Source: an uncultured Chlamydiae bacterium (GTDB lineage: Bacteria > Chlamydiota > Chlamydiia > Chlamydiales > SM23-39). From it: a stretch of DNA of 64,000 bases. The notes beneath the pieces are model-generated. The model was not told the DNA's origin and did no database searches. It worked only from the letters and a program-made list of their open reading frames with translations. The translations under genes and the position numbers were made by a program. The stretch is taken from positions 800,001 to 864,000 of the forward strand of contig CAWHDP010000002.1 of assembly GCA_963828125.1 (NCBI GenBank), given 5' to 3'. Position 1 is the stretch's first letter. Each line of letters starts with the position of its first letter. Positions 52,172-62,997 of the stretch are shown in pieces.

Positions 52172-55100
52172 ATTCTCATGTCTGCTAAAAGTTCTAAAAC
52201 ATCTTCCCAAGTCAATTTAGCGATTGCTTCATCATCGCAGCTTACCACTTTCTTGACCAATCCTTTTTTCCGCCGCTGCATGTCAACGATTTTCTCCTCA
52301 ATTGTATTTAAGGTGATGAGTTTGTAGGAAGAGACCGAATTTTTCTGACCGATCCGGTGGACCCGGTCGGTGGCCTGGTTTTCGACGGCCGGGTTCCACC
52401 ACATGTCATAATGGATGACCGTATCGGCTCCGACCAAATTCAACCCAGTGCCCCCCGCTTTGAGCGAGACGAGGAAAACAGGAATTTTTTGATTCTCGTT
52501 GAATTCCTTGACGATCTCGAGCCGATTTTTCGTGCTGCCGTCGAGATAGGAGAACGGGATGCCCCGCTGCTCGAAATCTTCCCGCATGATTTGAAGCATC
52601 CGTGTGTACTGGCTGAAGATGACTGTTTTGTGTTTGCTCTCGACGAGCGTCTGGAGGAGTTCGAGGAGCATATCGTACTTCGATGAATCGCCAAGTTCAG
52701 CCTTTTCTTTTGCAAAGATCGCCGGATGGCAGCAGATCTGTTTAAGCCGCGTAAGGGTGGCAAGGACGTGGATTTGCACCTTGTCGAAGCCATCCCGCTC
52801 GACCAGTTTGACGAGCTCGTCGCGCGCCGAAGCTGCGTATGATTTGTAAAGGGCCATTTGGACGTCCGAGAGCTGGCAGTGGTAGACGATCTCGGAGACC
52901 GGAGGGAGATCGTGGAGGACGTCGCTCTTCATGCGGCGCAAGATGAAGGGAGAGACTTTTTTCCGGAGGTACTCGATATTTTGGACGTGCTGATCGCCTG
53001 TCACACGGACATAATTTTCGACGAATTTGTCATAGGTACTCAAGAATCCGGGCATCAAAAAGTCCATCAGGCTCCAGAGTTCGTCGAGCGAATTTTCGAT
53101 CGGGGTGCCAGTGAGGATAAGCCGGTGGGCCGCTTGGATCATTTTGACCGATTTGGCATTGCGGGTTCCCCGGTTTTTGATATGCTGCGCCTCATCTAAA
53201 ATCGCATAAGAGAGCGGCATTTGGCTGTAGGTTTCAATATCTTTTTGCAAAAGAGTGTACGAAGTGATGATCACGTCGTACTCGCCCATTTTTGCGAGGA
53301 GTTTTTTTCGATGGCTCGGAATCCCGTCGATGACAATCGCTTTGAGTTTGGGGTTAAAGCGGTGGAGTTCTTCTTTCCAGTTGTAAAGGAGCGAGGTGGG
53401 GCAAACGATGAGCGATTTGGCCTCTTTATTTTTCATTTGGTTTTGGGTAATGGCGCAGATCGCCTGCACTGTTTTCCCAAGGCCCATGTCATCGGCTAAA
53501 ATTCCGTTTAAGTACATGAGACGGAGCCGCTCAAGCCAATGGACCCCGTCCGCCTGATAGGGGCGCAGCTCTGCTTTAATCTCTTTGGGGACGCCCGATG
53601 GCGCAATCTGCGTCTGTCCGAGCATCTGGCTCCGGATTTCGAGCAGTTTCTCTGACATGGTAAATTCGACAGGCAGTCCGTCAAAGGCGTGCGGATCGAT
53701 GGTGGCCAGGTTCCAAAGAGGTTTGAGCTCTTTGTGATCATCGAGCTTTTTAATCCCGATCTCATCGAAAAGCTGAACCAATTTTCCGATTTTATCGAGA
53801 TCGAGAACGAGAATTTTCGAAAAACGAGACGTCGCCTCTTTGACCCGCTTTGCATCGAGTTCGAGATAGGCCCGTTTGGCGCTCAGGCACTCCCAAAGCA
53901 GTTCCAGCTTGACGCCGCGGAGCGAGCCGTTCACCTTCAGATCGATATCGTAATAGCCGGTCGTGTCGCTAGCCCCCAGCGTGAGCTTGAACGCAGTGGC
54001 GTCATAGATGAATTGATCCAGCAGGTTTTGAGGACATTCGAATTGAACCCTGTGCTGATTGCGAGGGATAACGCCCGTCATGAACTCGACGATTTTTTTC
54101 TCAGTCTTTGCGACATAGGCCCCTGTTTGGGGATTGAAGACGAAATCTTGAAAAAGCTCTTCGACGATCTGACGCTCTTCGACCAAATTGCGAGCCAAAA
54201 TCCCCTGCTCCGTCGCAAACGTTTTGATGTGTTCATAAGTGAGCCTTGAGGCGATCGATGGGATCTCCTGGCCGTCGTATGAAAAGGCGAGAGCAGCGTC
54301 GAGTTCCCCATCGAGATAGGTCAACTGGCAGCGGACCCCCAATTTACCCGCAAACGGAAGCGTCACAAATCGATCGATGACGTCGAGATTCGTCACCTCC
54401 GCAAAACGTTTCAATTCGGGCAGCGCATTTTCGACGAACGTGCCGAACAGCGGCTCGGGAACCGTCATATCGCGGATCGTGTTTAAGTTCAAAAGATGAG
54501 TCCTTTTGATGTGCAATGGGAAGCGGTAGTAGGTGTCTTGATGGATCATCCCCGGCTGGGCGCACTCAAAGAGGATCACATCTTCCGTATTCAAGCAATG
54601 CTCTCCGACCACAAGTTTTGGCTTAAAGAGAATTTTGGCAGCTGGCGGATCGATGTATTCAAGTTGGAAGCGGAGAGTCACCGGATGCGGCGCGTAGCGG
54701 ATCGGGCTCTCCAGCGTTCCCATGTAAAGGTATGGAAGGCAAGGGAGATCGTCATCGAGATCTTTGAAGCCCCTCGGCCCCGATTGACTCATCGCAATTT
54801 CATGAGTCCTGGCAAGGAGGAGTCCAAACACCTCTGGATCGATCTGCGCGATCCGGCTCGCCCGCTCGTTCTGCGAATTTTCGAGCATCCGAGAATGATC
54901 CATAATCAGCTGCAAAAGAGAGCCTCCAAGCGGATCGAAACTCCTAAGCGAAAAAAACAGACGGCGCCCCCCGACAAAAAGAGGCTCTTCATAGCGAACC
55001 GCCTCCAAAAACCCCTTGAGCTGCGAAATTTGAAGCGGCTTCGAGCGGAACGGAAGGCGAAGAGCCAACTGAAACTCCACTTTGGATTTTTTTTCACCCT

Positions 55101-55653
55101 GCAAAGATTGCGGATTAAAAATGACCGCAAGCTCCGCCTCAGCCAGCGACCCCTCCTGCTGCGGCAGGAAAAACGGCGAATGAGAGAGAACCTCAGAAGA
55201 ACTGATATACTCTTGCAGCACCTGCTTCTGATAGCGGGCGTCTTGCTTGACCACCTCTTTGTTCTCCGCCTCCTTCACCGCCTCGATCAGCTCGAGTTTT
55301 TGATGCGCCTCCAACCCCTCGTCCTTCGCAAAGTCGGCCTCTTTCGAATACTCGATCAGGAGACTATCGATCTTTTCTTCGAGGAAAAAGATCAGCGCAG
55401 CCAAATGTTGGCAATCGTATCTACTCGGACAATCGCAATTCGTATGGACAGCTGTCGATTCAAAACGGTCCACCTCAATCTCGCTCTCATAAGTGCTCTC
55501 ATAATTACTCAGCACTTTGCTGCTAAAACGGATCGTCTCGTTATCGAGCTTGATGATCTTCGCCTGCAAGATTTTGTTTTTTTCAAAAAGCTGCCGCCCC
55601 TCTTTCAAGATCGCTGAGGAAAAATCTTGTCTTAACTTACGAAAATTCAACAT
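52168..55653 (-). CDS. SWIM-SNF2 family helicase (CT708-like)
   Basis: CDC..DCQH SWIM, LADDMGLGKT, DEAQ, LTGTPIEN, QATDRVHRIGQ. Confidence 0.93.
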   Translation of the reverse strand: MLNFRKLRQDFSSAILKEGRQLFEKNKILQAKIIKLDNETIRFSSKVLSNYESTYESEIEVDRFESTAVHTNCDCPSRYDCQHLAALIFFLEEKIDSLLIEYSKEADFAKDEGLEAHQKLELIEAVKEAENKEVVKQDARYQKQVLQEYISSSEVLSHSPFFLPQQEGSLAEAELAVIFNPQSLQGEKKSKVEFQLALRLPFRSKPLQISQLKGFLEAVRYEEPLFVGGRRLFFSLRSFDPLGGSLLQLIMDHSRMLENSQNERASRIAQIDPEVFGLLLARTHEIAMSQSGPRGFKDLDDDLPCLPYLYMGTLESPIRYAPHPVTLRFQLEYIDPPAAKILFKPKLVVGEHCLNTEDVILFECAQPGMIHQDTYYRFPLHIKRTHLLNLNTIRDMTVPEPLFGTFVENALPELKRFAEVTNLDVIDRFVTLPFAGKLGVRCQLTYLDGELDAALAFSYDGQEIPSIASRLTYEHIKTFATEQGILARNLVEERQIVEELFQDFVFNPQTGAYVAKTEKKIVEFMTGVIPRNQHRVQFECPQNLLDQFIYDATAFKLTLGASDTTGYYDIDLKVNGSLRGVKLELLWECLSAKRAYLELDAKRVKEATSRFSKILVLDLDKIGKLVQLFDEIGIKKLDDHKELKPLWNLATIDPHAFDGLPVEFTMSEKLLEIRSQMLGQTQIAPSGVPKEIKAELRPYQADGVHWLERLRLMYLNGILADDMGLGKTVQAICAITQNQMKNKEAKSLIVCPTSLLYNWKEELHRFNPKLKAIVIDGIPSHRKKLLAKMGEYDVIITSYTLLQKDIETYSQMPLSYAILDEAQHIKNRGTRNAKSVKMIQAAHRLILTGTPIENSLDELWSLMDFLMPGFLSTYDKFVENYVRVTGDQHVQNIEYLRKKVSPFILRRMKSDVLHDLPPVSEIVYHCQLSDVQMALYKSYAASARDELVKLVERDGFDKVQIHVLATLTRLKQICCHPAIFAKEKAELGDSSKYDMLLELLQTLVESKHKTVIFSQYTRMLQIMREDFEQRGIPFSYLDGSTKNRLEIVKEFNENQKIPVFLVSLKAGGTGLNLVGADTVIHYDMWWNPAVENQATDRVHRIGQKNSVSSYKLITLNTIEEKIVDMQRRKKGLVKKVVSCDDEAIAKLTWEDVLELLADMRI

Positions 55654-55812
55654 AGCTGTCTCAACCAGTTAGTCCGAATCCTTACATTTACAGAAATCGG
55701 AAAACCTGTGCAACCAAAAAATTTACGCGTGAGGGGAAAAGCGGAAATGTTTTTTCGCATTTTCGCAGACTCGGCGCTCCTCTTTTAGCGGAAGCGGCCA
55801 TTTTCATACATT

Positions 55813-55930
55813 CATCACAAGATTGGGTCGAGCGAGGCAAAGCCAGATCGCCTCTCCTCCTCGCCCATAGCTACCGCTATGGGCGAGGAGGAGAGGCGAT
55901 CTGGCGAAGCCGCAGTATAGTTTTGCAATG
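55813..55930. repeat. long hairpin element (family G) with perfect 30-bp core stem 55842-55905
   Basis: GCCAGATCGCCTCTCCTCCTCGCCCATAGC-TACC-GCTATGGGCGAGGAGGAGAGGCGATCTGGC with weaker outer pairing. Confidence 0.85.
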
Positions 55931-55933
55931 CTT

Positions 55934-56599
55934 TCAGATTGGACGATTGTCTTTTGAATCTTCAGGTTTGACAAAACCCTGTTTTTGCATGCATGCCTGT
56001 AACATGGCAGTTCGCTCACCGTCTGATAACTGTTTCCCGCAAAACGTTTCGAACTCTAGAAGCTTTGTTTGGAATTGAGCATAGAGTCTTTTTCCGTGGT
56101 CTTGATCCCCGACACGCCTGATGAATGGATGCTGGCCGCTATATATCTCTCGTAGTGCCTCTAGTCTTACATCAAGATCCCCAGAATCGAGTCTTGCATC
56201 AAAATCTGCAGGGAATGCGAATGGAGACGGTTCGATCAATAAGCTGGGATATTTGGAGGAGAGGCCAAAGAAATTTATCAAGAACATGTAGTTTGTTCTT
56301 GTCTGAGGGTGTTGTCCTTCGAATTTGAAAACCATACAAGGCTGAACTACATGGTTACGTTTATAAAATGTGGCTAGTCCCTCAGGAGGGATGATCGGTG
56401 AATTCACATTTGCAAAAGGTGCGCTCCCCTCCATTCGGTGTACGTTCCCATCAAAGCGGACTTCTTTTAGTATTTCTGGAATCGCTTCTTTTATACCTTT
56501 CAAAACAGATCCCATAAATATCTCGCGAATATCTTGTTGAGAATTTGCATTGACTGAAGTCGCGCTTAAGGCACTGTGTGTTGGTGTAATGGTATTCAT
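55934..56599 (-). CDS. hypothetical protein, Ser/Thr-rich N-terminus (candidate T3SS substrate)
   Basis: AAGGA RBS, MNTITPTHSALSATSVNANS; AT-richer. Confidence 0.6.
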   Translation of the reverse strand: MNTITPTHSALSATSVNANSQQDIREIFMGSVLKGIKEAIPEILKEVRFDGNVHRMEGSAPFANVNSPIIPPEGLATFYKRNHVVQPCMVFKFEGQHPQTRTNYMFLINFFGLSSKYPSLLIEPSPFAFPADFDARLDSGDLDVRLEALREIYSGQHPFIRRVGDQDHGKRLYAQFQTKLLEFETFCGKQLSDGERTAMLQACMQKQGFVKPEDSKDNRPI

Positions 56600-57002
56600 A
56601 TTTTTCCTTATTTAAATTTCTAAGAGGGGGCGTTTATAGCATGCTGGGTCATTTTTTTGCAATAAGCGGCATAAGCCAGCGCCATTTGAGGCTCCGTCTT
56701 CAATTCCCGCATCATCTGTAAAAATTCCAGAGGCTGTTCTTGCCTTCAGAATTTTTTAGCCATTTTTTTGTAAGCAATTGACAATGTGTTGTTTAGCAAC
56801 TTCATTAACGGGCATCTTCCTATAACACTGGAGCGCTTGGGAAAAATTTCCCCGCGCATAAAACTTCCCGACTTGTGGCTGAAGATCGTCCATCATCGGC
56901 AAAAAGATGGCAGCGCATTCGGCCATCAACAGGCAATCTCTATTTAAAAAAAAATGGCTCTTGCCCAAAAACATCACTCTAATCTACAATCTCGACTTTT
57001 AT

Positions 57003-57074
57003 GCGGGCGTAGCTCAGTGGTAGAGCATCACGTTGCCAACGTGAGGGTCGTGAGTTCGAGCCTCATCGCCCGCT
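57003..57074 (+). tRNA. tRNA-Gly(GCC)
   Basis: Acceptor GCGGGCG/CGCCCGC, D-arm GCTC..GAGC, anticodon stem TCACG-TTGCCAA-CGTGA, GTTCGAG T-loop; CCA not encoded. Confidence 0.97.
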
Positions 57075-57103
57075 ATCATTAAAAAATCTCCCGGAGTACG
57101 CCA

Positions 57104-58417
57104 ATGACCCAAGCCGCCGCAGATCTCGAATTGACCAGCAGTGCAGTACACATTCATGTCCGGCACAAGCCCGCTTGCCGGATCGAAATGGATGTAAAAA
57201 CCAATGCCTCAATGGTCAAGACGGCCCGGAAAAATGCCCTCAAAGCGATCGGTAAAGAAGTCGCTATGCCCGGCTTTCGCAAAGGAAAAGCCCCCGAAGA
57301 GATGATCCTCAAAAAATTTCCTCATGAGGTGGAAAAACAGGTTCACAAAGAGGTCGCCGACCTCGCCTTCGTTGCCGCGCAGAAACTGGCCAACATCCCA
57401 CTGCTCAACAACGACTCTCCCGTCTCATTCGATCTGAAAAGCAAGGCGATGGAAGAGGGGGCCGAGATCGTTTTTTCATTCGAAACTGAGCCGACGATCC
57501 CTTCAGTAGACCGTTCGAGCTTCGCCGCAAAACCGGTCGCGCGGGCCGAGGTGGGCGAAAAACAGATCGAGGAGGCGATTCGACAGATGCGCTTCTTCTA
57601 TGCACGATGGACGCCTGTAGAAGATCGGGCCATCCAAAATGGCGATTTCATCATGATCGATCTCGACACGGTGAACGGCGAGCAGACGGAGAGAGTGTTC
57701 CACCACATCCGTTTCGAGGTCTCCAAAGAACGGATGGCCCATTGGATGCAAAAATTGGTCGAGGGGGCCAAGGCAGGCGATGTATTGGAGGGGATCAGCG
57801 AGGCGGATGAAACGGCGACGGAGGCCGAGAAGGCCGAGTTCAAGCCAAAAAATGTCCGGATTACAATATTAAAGGTAGAGCAGTCGGCGCTCCCTGAGTT
57901 GGATGATGCTTTTGCCAAGAAGGTGGGAGCTGAAACAATCGAGGAAATGAAAAAGTCGATCGAAGGGATCCTCAAACAACAGGTGGAAGCGAAGGCTTTG
58001 AGCGATCTGAGAGAACAGGTGAATGATTTTCTCATCGCAAATTACCCGTTTGACCTTCCCCAATCGCTCGTCGATACAGAAAAAAAACACCGCTTCGGCC
58101 AACTTGCGCAGGATCCAAAATTTAAGGCGGGCTGGGATAAAATGTCCCAAAAAGAAAGGCAAAATTTAAATGAGACAATCAGCGCCGAATCGGCCCAGGC
58201 TGTGAGGATCTTCTACCTATCGCGCCAAATCGTCCGCGACGCCCAAATCCCCGTGACGCACCAAGAGGTGCAAAACGAAGCTGTCGCTATGATCCAATCG
58301 CATGGCGGGAAAAATGTGGAAATCGATCAAATTCCGAAGGAGATCTATGCCCTGGCTCTCTCCAAAGTGATCCTCGCAAAAGCGCAAGATTATGTCTTAG
58401 AGGTCGTCCAACAATAA
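57104..58417 (+). CDS. tig: trigger factor
   Basis: PGFRKGKAP ribosome-binding motif, LPELDDAFAK; tig-clpP-clpX order. Confidence 0.92.
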   Translation: MTQAAADLELTSSAVHIHVRHKPACRIEMDVKTNASMVKTARKNALKAIGKEVAMPGFRKGKAPEEMILKKFPHEVEKQVHKEVADLAFVAAQKLANIPLLNNDSPVSFDLKSKAMEEGAEIVFSFETEPTIPSVDRSSFAAKPVARAEVGEKQIEEAIRQMRFFYARWTPVEDRAIQNGDFIMIDLDTVNGEQTERVFHHIRFEVSKERMAHWMQKLVEGAKAGDVLEGISEADETATEAEKAEFKPKNVRITILKVEQSALPELDDAFAKKVGAETIEEMKKSIEGILKQQVEAKALSDLREQVNDFLIANYPFDLPQSLVDTEKKHRFGQLAQDPKFKAGWDKMSQKERQNLNETISAESAQAVRIFYLSRQIVRDAQIPVTHQEVQNEAVAMIQSHGGKNVEIDQIPKEIYALALSKVILAKAQDYVLEVVQQ

Positions 58418-58421
58418 CTTT

Positions 58422-58592
58422 TAGCCCACATGGCTCACACAGACGCGAGAAAAGGGGCTCAAGATGTTACGCCAGATGTTGCAAATCGCGAGGAAGCTAA
58501 TAGGAAGAGTCGCTATTAGCGACGAGCGATTGGCGAAAGATGGCGTAACAAATTGAGCCGGTTTTCCGCGGATGTGTGAGAAATGCGGGTTA
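58422..58592. mobile_element. 171-bp MITE-like palindromic element (family B, full length)
   Basis: TA-bounded terminal inverted repeats, whole element folds into one imperfect hairpin, partial copies at 14344, 32802, 46338; no transposase. Confidence 0.75.
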
Positions 58593-58658
58593 GCTTACGC
58601 TTGATCCTTTACTTTATTTATTGACAGTCCCTAAACTGGGGAAAAAGGGGATCGAACT

Positions 58659-59288
58659 ATGTCTTTAACGCCTTATGTGATCGAAGATACGGGACGCGGC
58701 GAGCGTTCTATGGACATCTTTTCTCGCCTTCTCAAAGACCGGATTATTTTCATCGGCACCGAAATCAACGACCAGGTTGCGAACGTCGTCGTCGCACAGC
58801 TCCTCTTCCTAAAAATGGAAGATCCAAAAAAGGATGTCAATTTGTACATTAATTCTCCAGGAGGACAAATCACCGCGGGGCTGGCCATTCTCGACACGAT
58901 GCTCTTTTTGGGCTGCGATATCAACACCTACTGCATCGGACAGGCCGTCTCAATGGCCGCGCTCCTGTTAGCAGCCGGCACCAAAGGCAAGCGGTTCGCT
59001 TTGCCGCATAGCCGGATCATGCTTCACCAACCCTACGGCGGAGTCATGGGCTCTTCAGAGGACATTGCACTACAGGCCAAAGAAATTCTCGAACTAAAAA
59101 AAATCACCTCGTCGCTCATGTCTCGCTTCACAGGCCAGCCCGTCGAAAAAATCATAGAAGACGCGGAGAGAGATTTCTACATGAATCCAGAAGCCGCATT
59201 AAAGTACAATATCGTCGACCATATTGCAAAACCTGCCCAGCTCAATCTATCTACAGATAAATCAAACCCATTACCCGCAAACGTATGA
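58659..59288 (+). CDS. clpP: ATP-dependent Clp protease proteolytic subunit (ClpP2-type)
   Basis: [33 protein letters not shown]. Confidence 0.96.
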   Translation: MSLTPYVIEDTGRGERSMDIFSRLLKDRIIFIGTEINDQVANVVVAQLLFLKMEDPKKDVNLYINSPGGQITAGLAILDTMLFLGCDINTYCIGQAVSMAALLLAAGTKGKRFALPHSRIMLHQPYGGVMGSSEDIALQAKEILELKKITSSLMSRFTGQPVEKIIEDAERDFYMNPEAALKYNIVDHIAKPAQLNLSTDKSNPLPANV

Positions 59289-60514
59289 CAAATAAAAAAA
59301 ACACAAATGAAGTGGCCAGCTGCTCGTTTTGCGGGCGGACGGAAGATATCGTCGAAAAACTCATTTCAGGTCCTAACGCATACATTTGCGATAAATGCGT
59401 CGGCCTGTGTGTAGATATCGTCCAAAAAAAATCGGTCAACTACGAAATGAAACTCCTTAAACCCAAGGAAATTAAAGCCCATCTCGATGAATACATCATC
59501 GGCCAGGAATCGGCCAAAAAGACAATCGCCGTTGCGGTTTACAATCATTATAAGCGGATCCGCGCCATCGGGAAGCAATCGGAGATCGAGTACAGCAAAT
59601 CGAACGTCATGTTGATCGGCCCTACTGGCTCGGGAAAAACGCTCATGGCCCGCACCCTCGCTCTGATTTTAGACGTCCCTTTCGCCATTTCAGATGCGAC
59701 CACATTGACCGAGGCAGGTTATGTGGGAGAAGACGTCGAAAATATCATCCTCCGCTTGCTTCAAGCGGCCGATTACGATGTCGCCAAAGCAGAACATGGG
59801 ATCATCTACGTCGACGAAATCGATAAAATCCGGAAAACAACCTCCAACGTCTCGATCACACGCGATGTGTCGGGAGAGGGCGTTCAACAGGCGCTCCTCA
59901 AAATCGTCGAAGGGACCGTAGCCAATGTGCCGCCGAAAGGGGGGAGAAAACACCCGAATCAAGAATACATCAGGGTCAATACGCAAAATATCCTCTTCAT
60001 TGTCGGCGGCGCGTTCGTCCACCTCGACAAAATGATCGCCAAAAGACTCGGGAAAAGCACGATTGGTTTCGATGCGGCGACTAAACGGGCCATCGATACC
60101 CATGAGACGAATTACCTCCTTTCGAAAGTGGAACCTGAAGATTTGATCTCTTTTGGCATGATTCCCGAATTTGTCGGCAGATTCAACAGCATCGCCAATT
60201 GCAACGAACTCACTGTACAAGATTTGGTCGAAATTTTGGTCAGGCCGAAAAATGCGATCGTCAAACAATACGAGCATCTCTTTGCTGAAGAAAATGTGAA
60301 ACTCGAATTCACACGAGAAGCGCTGGAAGCGATGGCGCTGAAGGCCAAAGAGACGGGAACAGGAGCGCGCGCTTTGCGAATGATCACGGAAAATATTTTG
60401 CGCGATCTGATGTTCGAAGTTCCTTCCGATCCTGGCATCAAAGAGATCGTAATCGAAAAAGAATCGATCACGGAAAATCGGCCGCCCCGAGTGATCCGCG
60501 ATCGCTCCGCCTGA
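59285..60514 (+). CDS. clpX: ATP-dependent Clp protease ATP-binding subunit ClpX
   Basis: CSFCG..CDKC zinc finger, [27 protein letters not shown]. Confidence 0.97.
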   Translation: MTNKKNTNEVASCSFCGRTEDIVEKLISGPNAYICDKCVGLCVDIVQKKSVNYEMKLLKPKEIKAHLDEYIIGQESAKKTIAVAVYNHYKRIRAIGKQSEIEYSKSNVMLIGPTGSGKTLMARTLALILDVPFAISDATTLTEAGYVGEDVENIILRLLQAADYDVAKAEHGIIYVDEIDKIRKTTSNVSITRDVSGEGVQQALLKIVEGTVANVPPKGGRKHPNQEYIRVNTQNILFIVGGAFVHLDKMIAKRLGKSTIGFDAATKRAIDTHETNYLLSKVEPEDLISFGMIPEFVGRFNSIANCNELTVQDLVEILVRPKNAIVKQYEHLFAEENVKLEFTREALEAMALKAKETGTGARALRMITENILRDLMFEVPSDPGIKEIVIEKESITENRPPRVIRDRSA

Positions 60515-60676
60515 TGATTTCCCAATATCCCTGTGTTCTCTGTGGCTGGAATTTTTTCACCACGGAGAACGAATATACACAAAGCACCTGAAGCGTCAGG
60601 AATTTGGCAAGCTGGACATTTCTTCCTTGTAAATTTTCTACCAAACAATCAATAATGGAGCGGAGGGTGCAATCCC

Positions 60677-61075
60677 ATGCTTCGTGAACATTTAGAAAAA
60701 CTCTGCAAAGAACTTGCGCTCAAGACACCCAAGCTAAACGAACAAAATGTGTTCCCTTTACGCTTAGGAGTTGAGTCGCTCGCGATCAGAGATCTCGATC
60801 CTGGCGTGGCACTGCACGCAAACATTTGCGAAACCCCGAAACAGAAAAAAGAAGAGCTATTCATCTATCTGATGCGAGCCAATTTACTCGGTCAAGGGAC
60901 CGGCGGCTGCCGGATCGGACTCAATGCCGGAGAGAATTTCTTGACTCTCTCTTGGGGATTGCCGTATGAATTGAGCTATCAATCGTTTCGAGAAACGATC
61001 GAGGATTTCGTCAACTATACGATTTATTGGCGAGAAGAAATTGTAAAATTTGAGAATGAAGAACGTGTATATTAA
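60677..61075 (+). CDS. scc4: CesT-family T3SS chaperone (CT663/Scc4-like)
   Basis: MRANLLGQGTGG..IGL, IEDFVNY..YW; first gene upstream of cdsD. Confidence 0.8.
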   Translation: MLREHLEKLCKELALKTPKLNEQNVFPLRLGVESLAIRDLDPGVALHANICETPKQKKEELFIYLMRANLLGQGTGGCRIGLNAGENFLTLSWGLPYELSYQSFRETIEDFVNYTIYWREEIVKFENEERVY

Positions 61076-61090
61076 GCGAAGGTTTTTTAG

Positions 61091-62980
61091 ATGCCAGCGC
61101 ATCTGATTGCAGAAGAAGGACCTCATCAGGGTCTGATCTTAAATCTAGAGGAAGGAGCCGAATGGATCATCGGGCGTGATCCAGATACGTGCGATTTGGT
61201 GCTCGAAGACAGCACCGTTTCCCGCAAGCATGCGCGTCTCAATAAAACGCCAGAAGGCGTCTACCTAAAAAATTTAAGCCGGGTCAATCCGACGCTCGTC
61301 AATGAAGAAGAACAGACCGAACCGCTCCTTTTAAAAGAAGGCGATCAGATTCAGGTCGGCAACACTCTCTTCCTTTATTCTGAAGGGGCCATCCCCAATA
61401 TGGAGATAAGCCCCTCAAAACCGGAAAAAAAGAAGAAAAAAGGGGGTTACGACGACATTTTCGGCGATATCGAGACCGAGCCGCAAGAAGAACCCCCCTC
61501 TGAATCCCCCGAACAGGCCCCTTCCGAGGCCATGGCTCCGCCTGAAGAGCCTCGGATCCCCCCTGCCCCGCCTAAGCCGGAAATGACCGCTTACGACACC
61601 ATCTTCGAGGATACGGGCGGAGAGGAGGATCTCCCCTTTAACCTGATCTCAGAGGCCCCTCTCCTGCTCAAAGTCATTGCAGGTCCCAATGCGGGGGCCG
61701 AGATCGGTATCGACAAAGGACGCGTCTATACGATTGGGAAAGACCCCAACTCATGCGATATTGTCTTTCAAGATTTGAGCGTCTCGCGCAACCACGCCCG
61801 CCTGGGAGTGAATGCCGACGGGATCATCGATATAGAGGATTTAGGATCGAAAAACGGAATCGCGGTCAACGGATCGATCATCACGGAAAGGAGGGCGATC
61901 ACTCCGCAAGATTTAGTCGCCCTTGGCACAACGATCTTCATGATCGTCGATCGGGAAGCGCCGCAAGAGACGATCTATTCCCCCATGATCCCTTCCTACG
62001 AAGCTCCGAAAATCGCTGAACCGGCCCCAGTCGAGGAGCCGCTCGAAATCAAAGAAGAGAAAGACTGGAAAAAAGAGCCGATCCCAACGAAATATTTGAT
62101 CATTGGGGGCGCTGCAGCCGCTATTTTCCTCATCATGTTTTTGAGTTTCTTCTCTCTCTTTAAACCCAACAGAATAGAAATCGTTCAAAAAGAGCCCGTT
62201 TCTGAGATTAAAGAGGCGCTTGGCAAATTCACCGACGTCCAATTTTCTTATAATCCAGGGAGCGGCAAATTATTTATCGTCGGCCATGTATTGACGAATG
62301 TCGATTACCAAGAGATGAACTACCGGTTGGGACAGATCCACTTTATCTCATCGGTCGAGGACAATGTCGTCATCGATGAGGGCGTTTGGAAAATGATGAA
62401 CGACGTACTCTCCGACAACCCAGCCTGGCGCGGCGTGAGCATCCACTCCCCTTTGGCTGGAAAATTCGTCGCCGCCGGGTACATCCCAACCATCGATGAA
62501 GCCGCAAAATTATCCGACTACCTCACCGTCAATTTCCCCTATCTGGATCGATTGGAAAATAATGTCGCGATTGAGCAGAATCTCAATACCCAGCTCCAAG
62601 CGCTTATCGGGGCGGGAAATTTGGGAGCCATCACGTTTCAATTGTCGAACGGGAACGTGATTCTCTCTGGAATGTACAATGAGGAGATGGAGTCGGAATA
62701 CCAAAAAATGATCAAGGAGATCAATGCGGTAAAAGGGGTTGCTTCGGTAAAAAATTACGCCGTGGCCGCCCACCCCAACAAAACTGGCATCGACCTCTCT
62801 GACCAATACAAAGTCACCGGAACTTCTACGTTCGATGGACGGGGATTTAGCGTTGTGATCGATGGGATCATTTATACTGTAGGCGACCCAGTAGACGGAA
62901 GGAAGATCACTTCTATCGAGCCAAATACGATTTTACTTGAAAAAGATGGATTAAAATATAAAATCGACTACACCCTTTAA
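61091..62980 (+). CDS. cdsD: T3SS inner-membrane ring protein CdsD/SctD (two FHA domains, TM, BON-like)
   Basis: IGRDP..VSRKHA and IGKDP..VSRNHA..SKNG FHA domains, TM, LEKDGLKYKIDY. Confidence 0.92.
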   Translation: MPAHLIAEEGPHQGLILNLEEGAEWIIGRDPDTCDLVLEDSTVSRKHARLNKTPEGVYLKNLSRVNPTLVNEEEQTEPLLLKEGDQIQVGNTLFLYSEGAIPNMEISPSKPEKKKKKGGYDDIFGDIETEPQEEPPSESPEQAPSEAMAPPEEPRIPPAPPKPEMTAYDTIFEDTGGEEDLPFNLISEAPLLLKVIAGPNAGAEIGIDKGRVYTIGKDPNSCDIVFQDLSVSRNHARLGVNADGIIDIEDLGSKNGIAVNGSIITERRAITPQDLVALGTTIFMIVDREAPQETIYSPMIPSYEAPKIAEPAPVEEPLEIKEEKDWKKEPIPTKYLIIGGAAAAIFLIMFLSFFSLFKPNRIEIVQKEPVSEIKEALGKFTDVQFSYNPGSGKLFIVGHVLTNVDYQEMNYRLGQIHFISSVEDNVVIDEGVWKMMNDVLSDNPAWRGVSIHSPLAGKFVAAGYIPTIDEAAKLSDYLTVNFPYLDRLENNVAIEQNLNTQLQALIGAGNLGAITFQLSNGNVILSGMYNEEMESEYQKMIKEINAVKGVASVKNYAVAAHPNKTGIDLSDQYKVTGTSTFDGRGFSVVIDGIIYTVGDPVDGRKITSIEPNTILLEKDGLKYKIDYTL

Positions 62981-62997
62981 AGGGAAGGAGATGTCTT

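Noticed and set aside
54496..55617. 373-aa ORF antisense to the SNF2 gene
   Set aside because: Entirely within a conserved gene, no motifs; shadow ORF explained by codon bias
56756..56977. 73-aa TPR-like ORF upstream of tRNA-Gly
   Set aside because: Start overlaps a plausible tRNA promoter (TTGCCC-18-TACAAT, 56961-56990); possibly a gene fragment but insufficient support
55934..57074. Integrative element at tRNA-Gly
   Set aside because: No integrase, no duplicated tRNA 3' end, and core synteny resumes immediately
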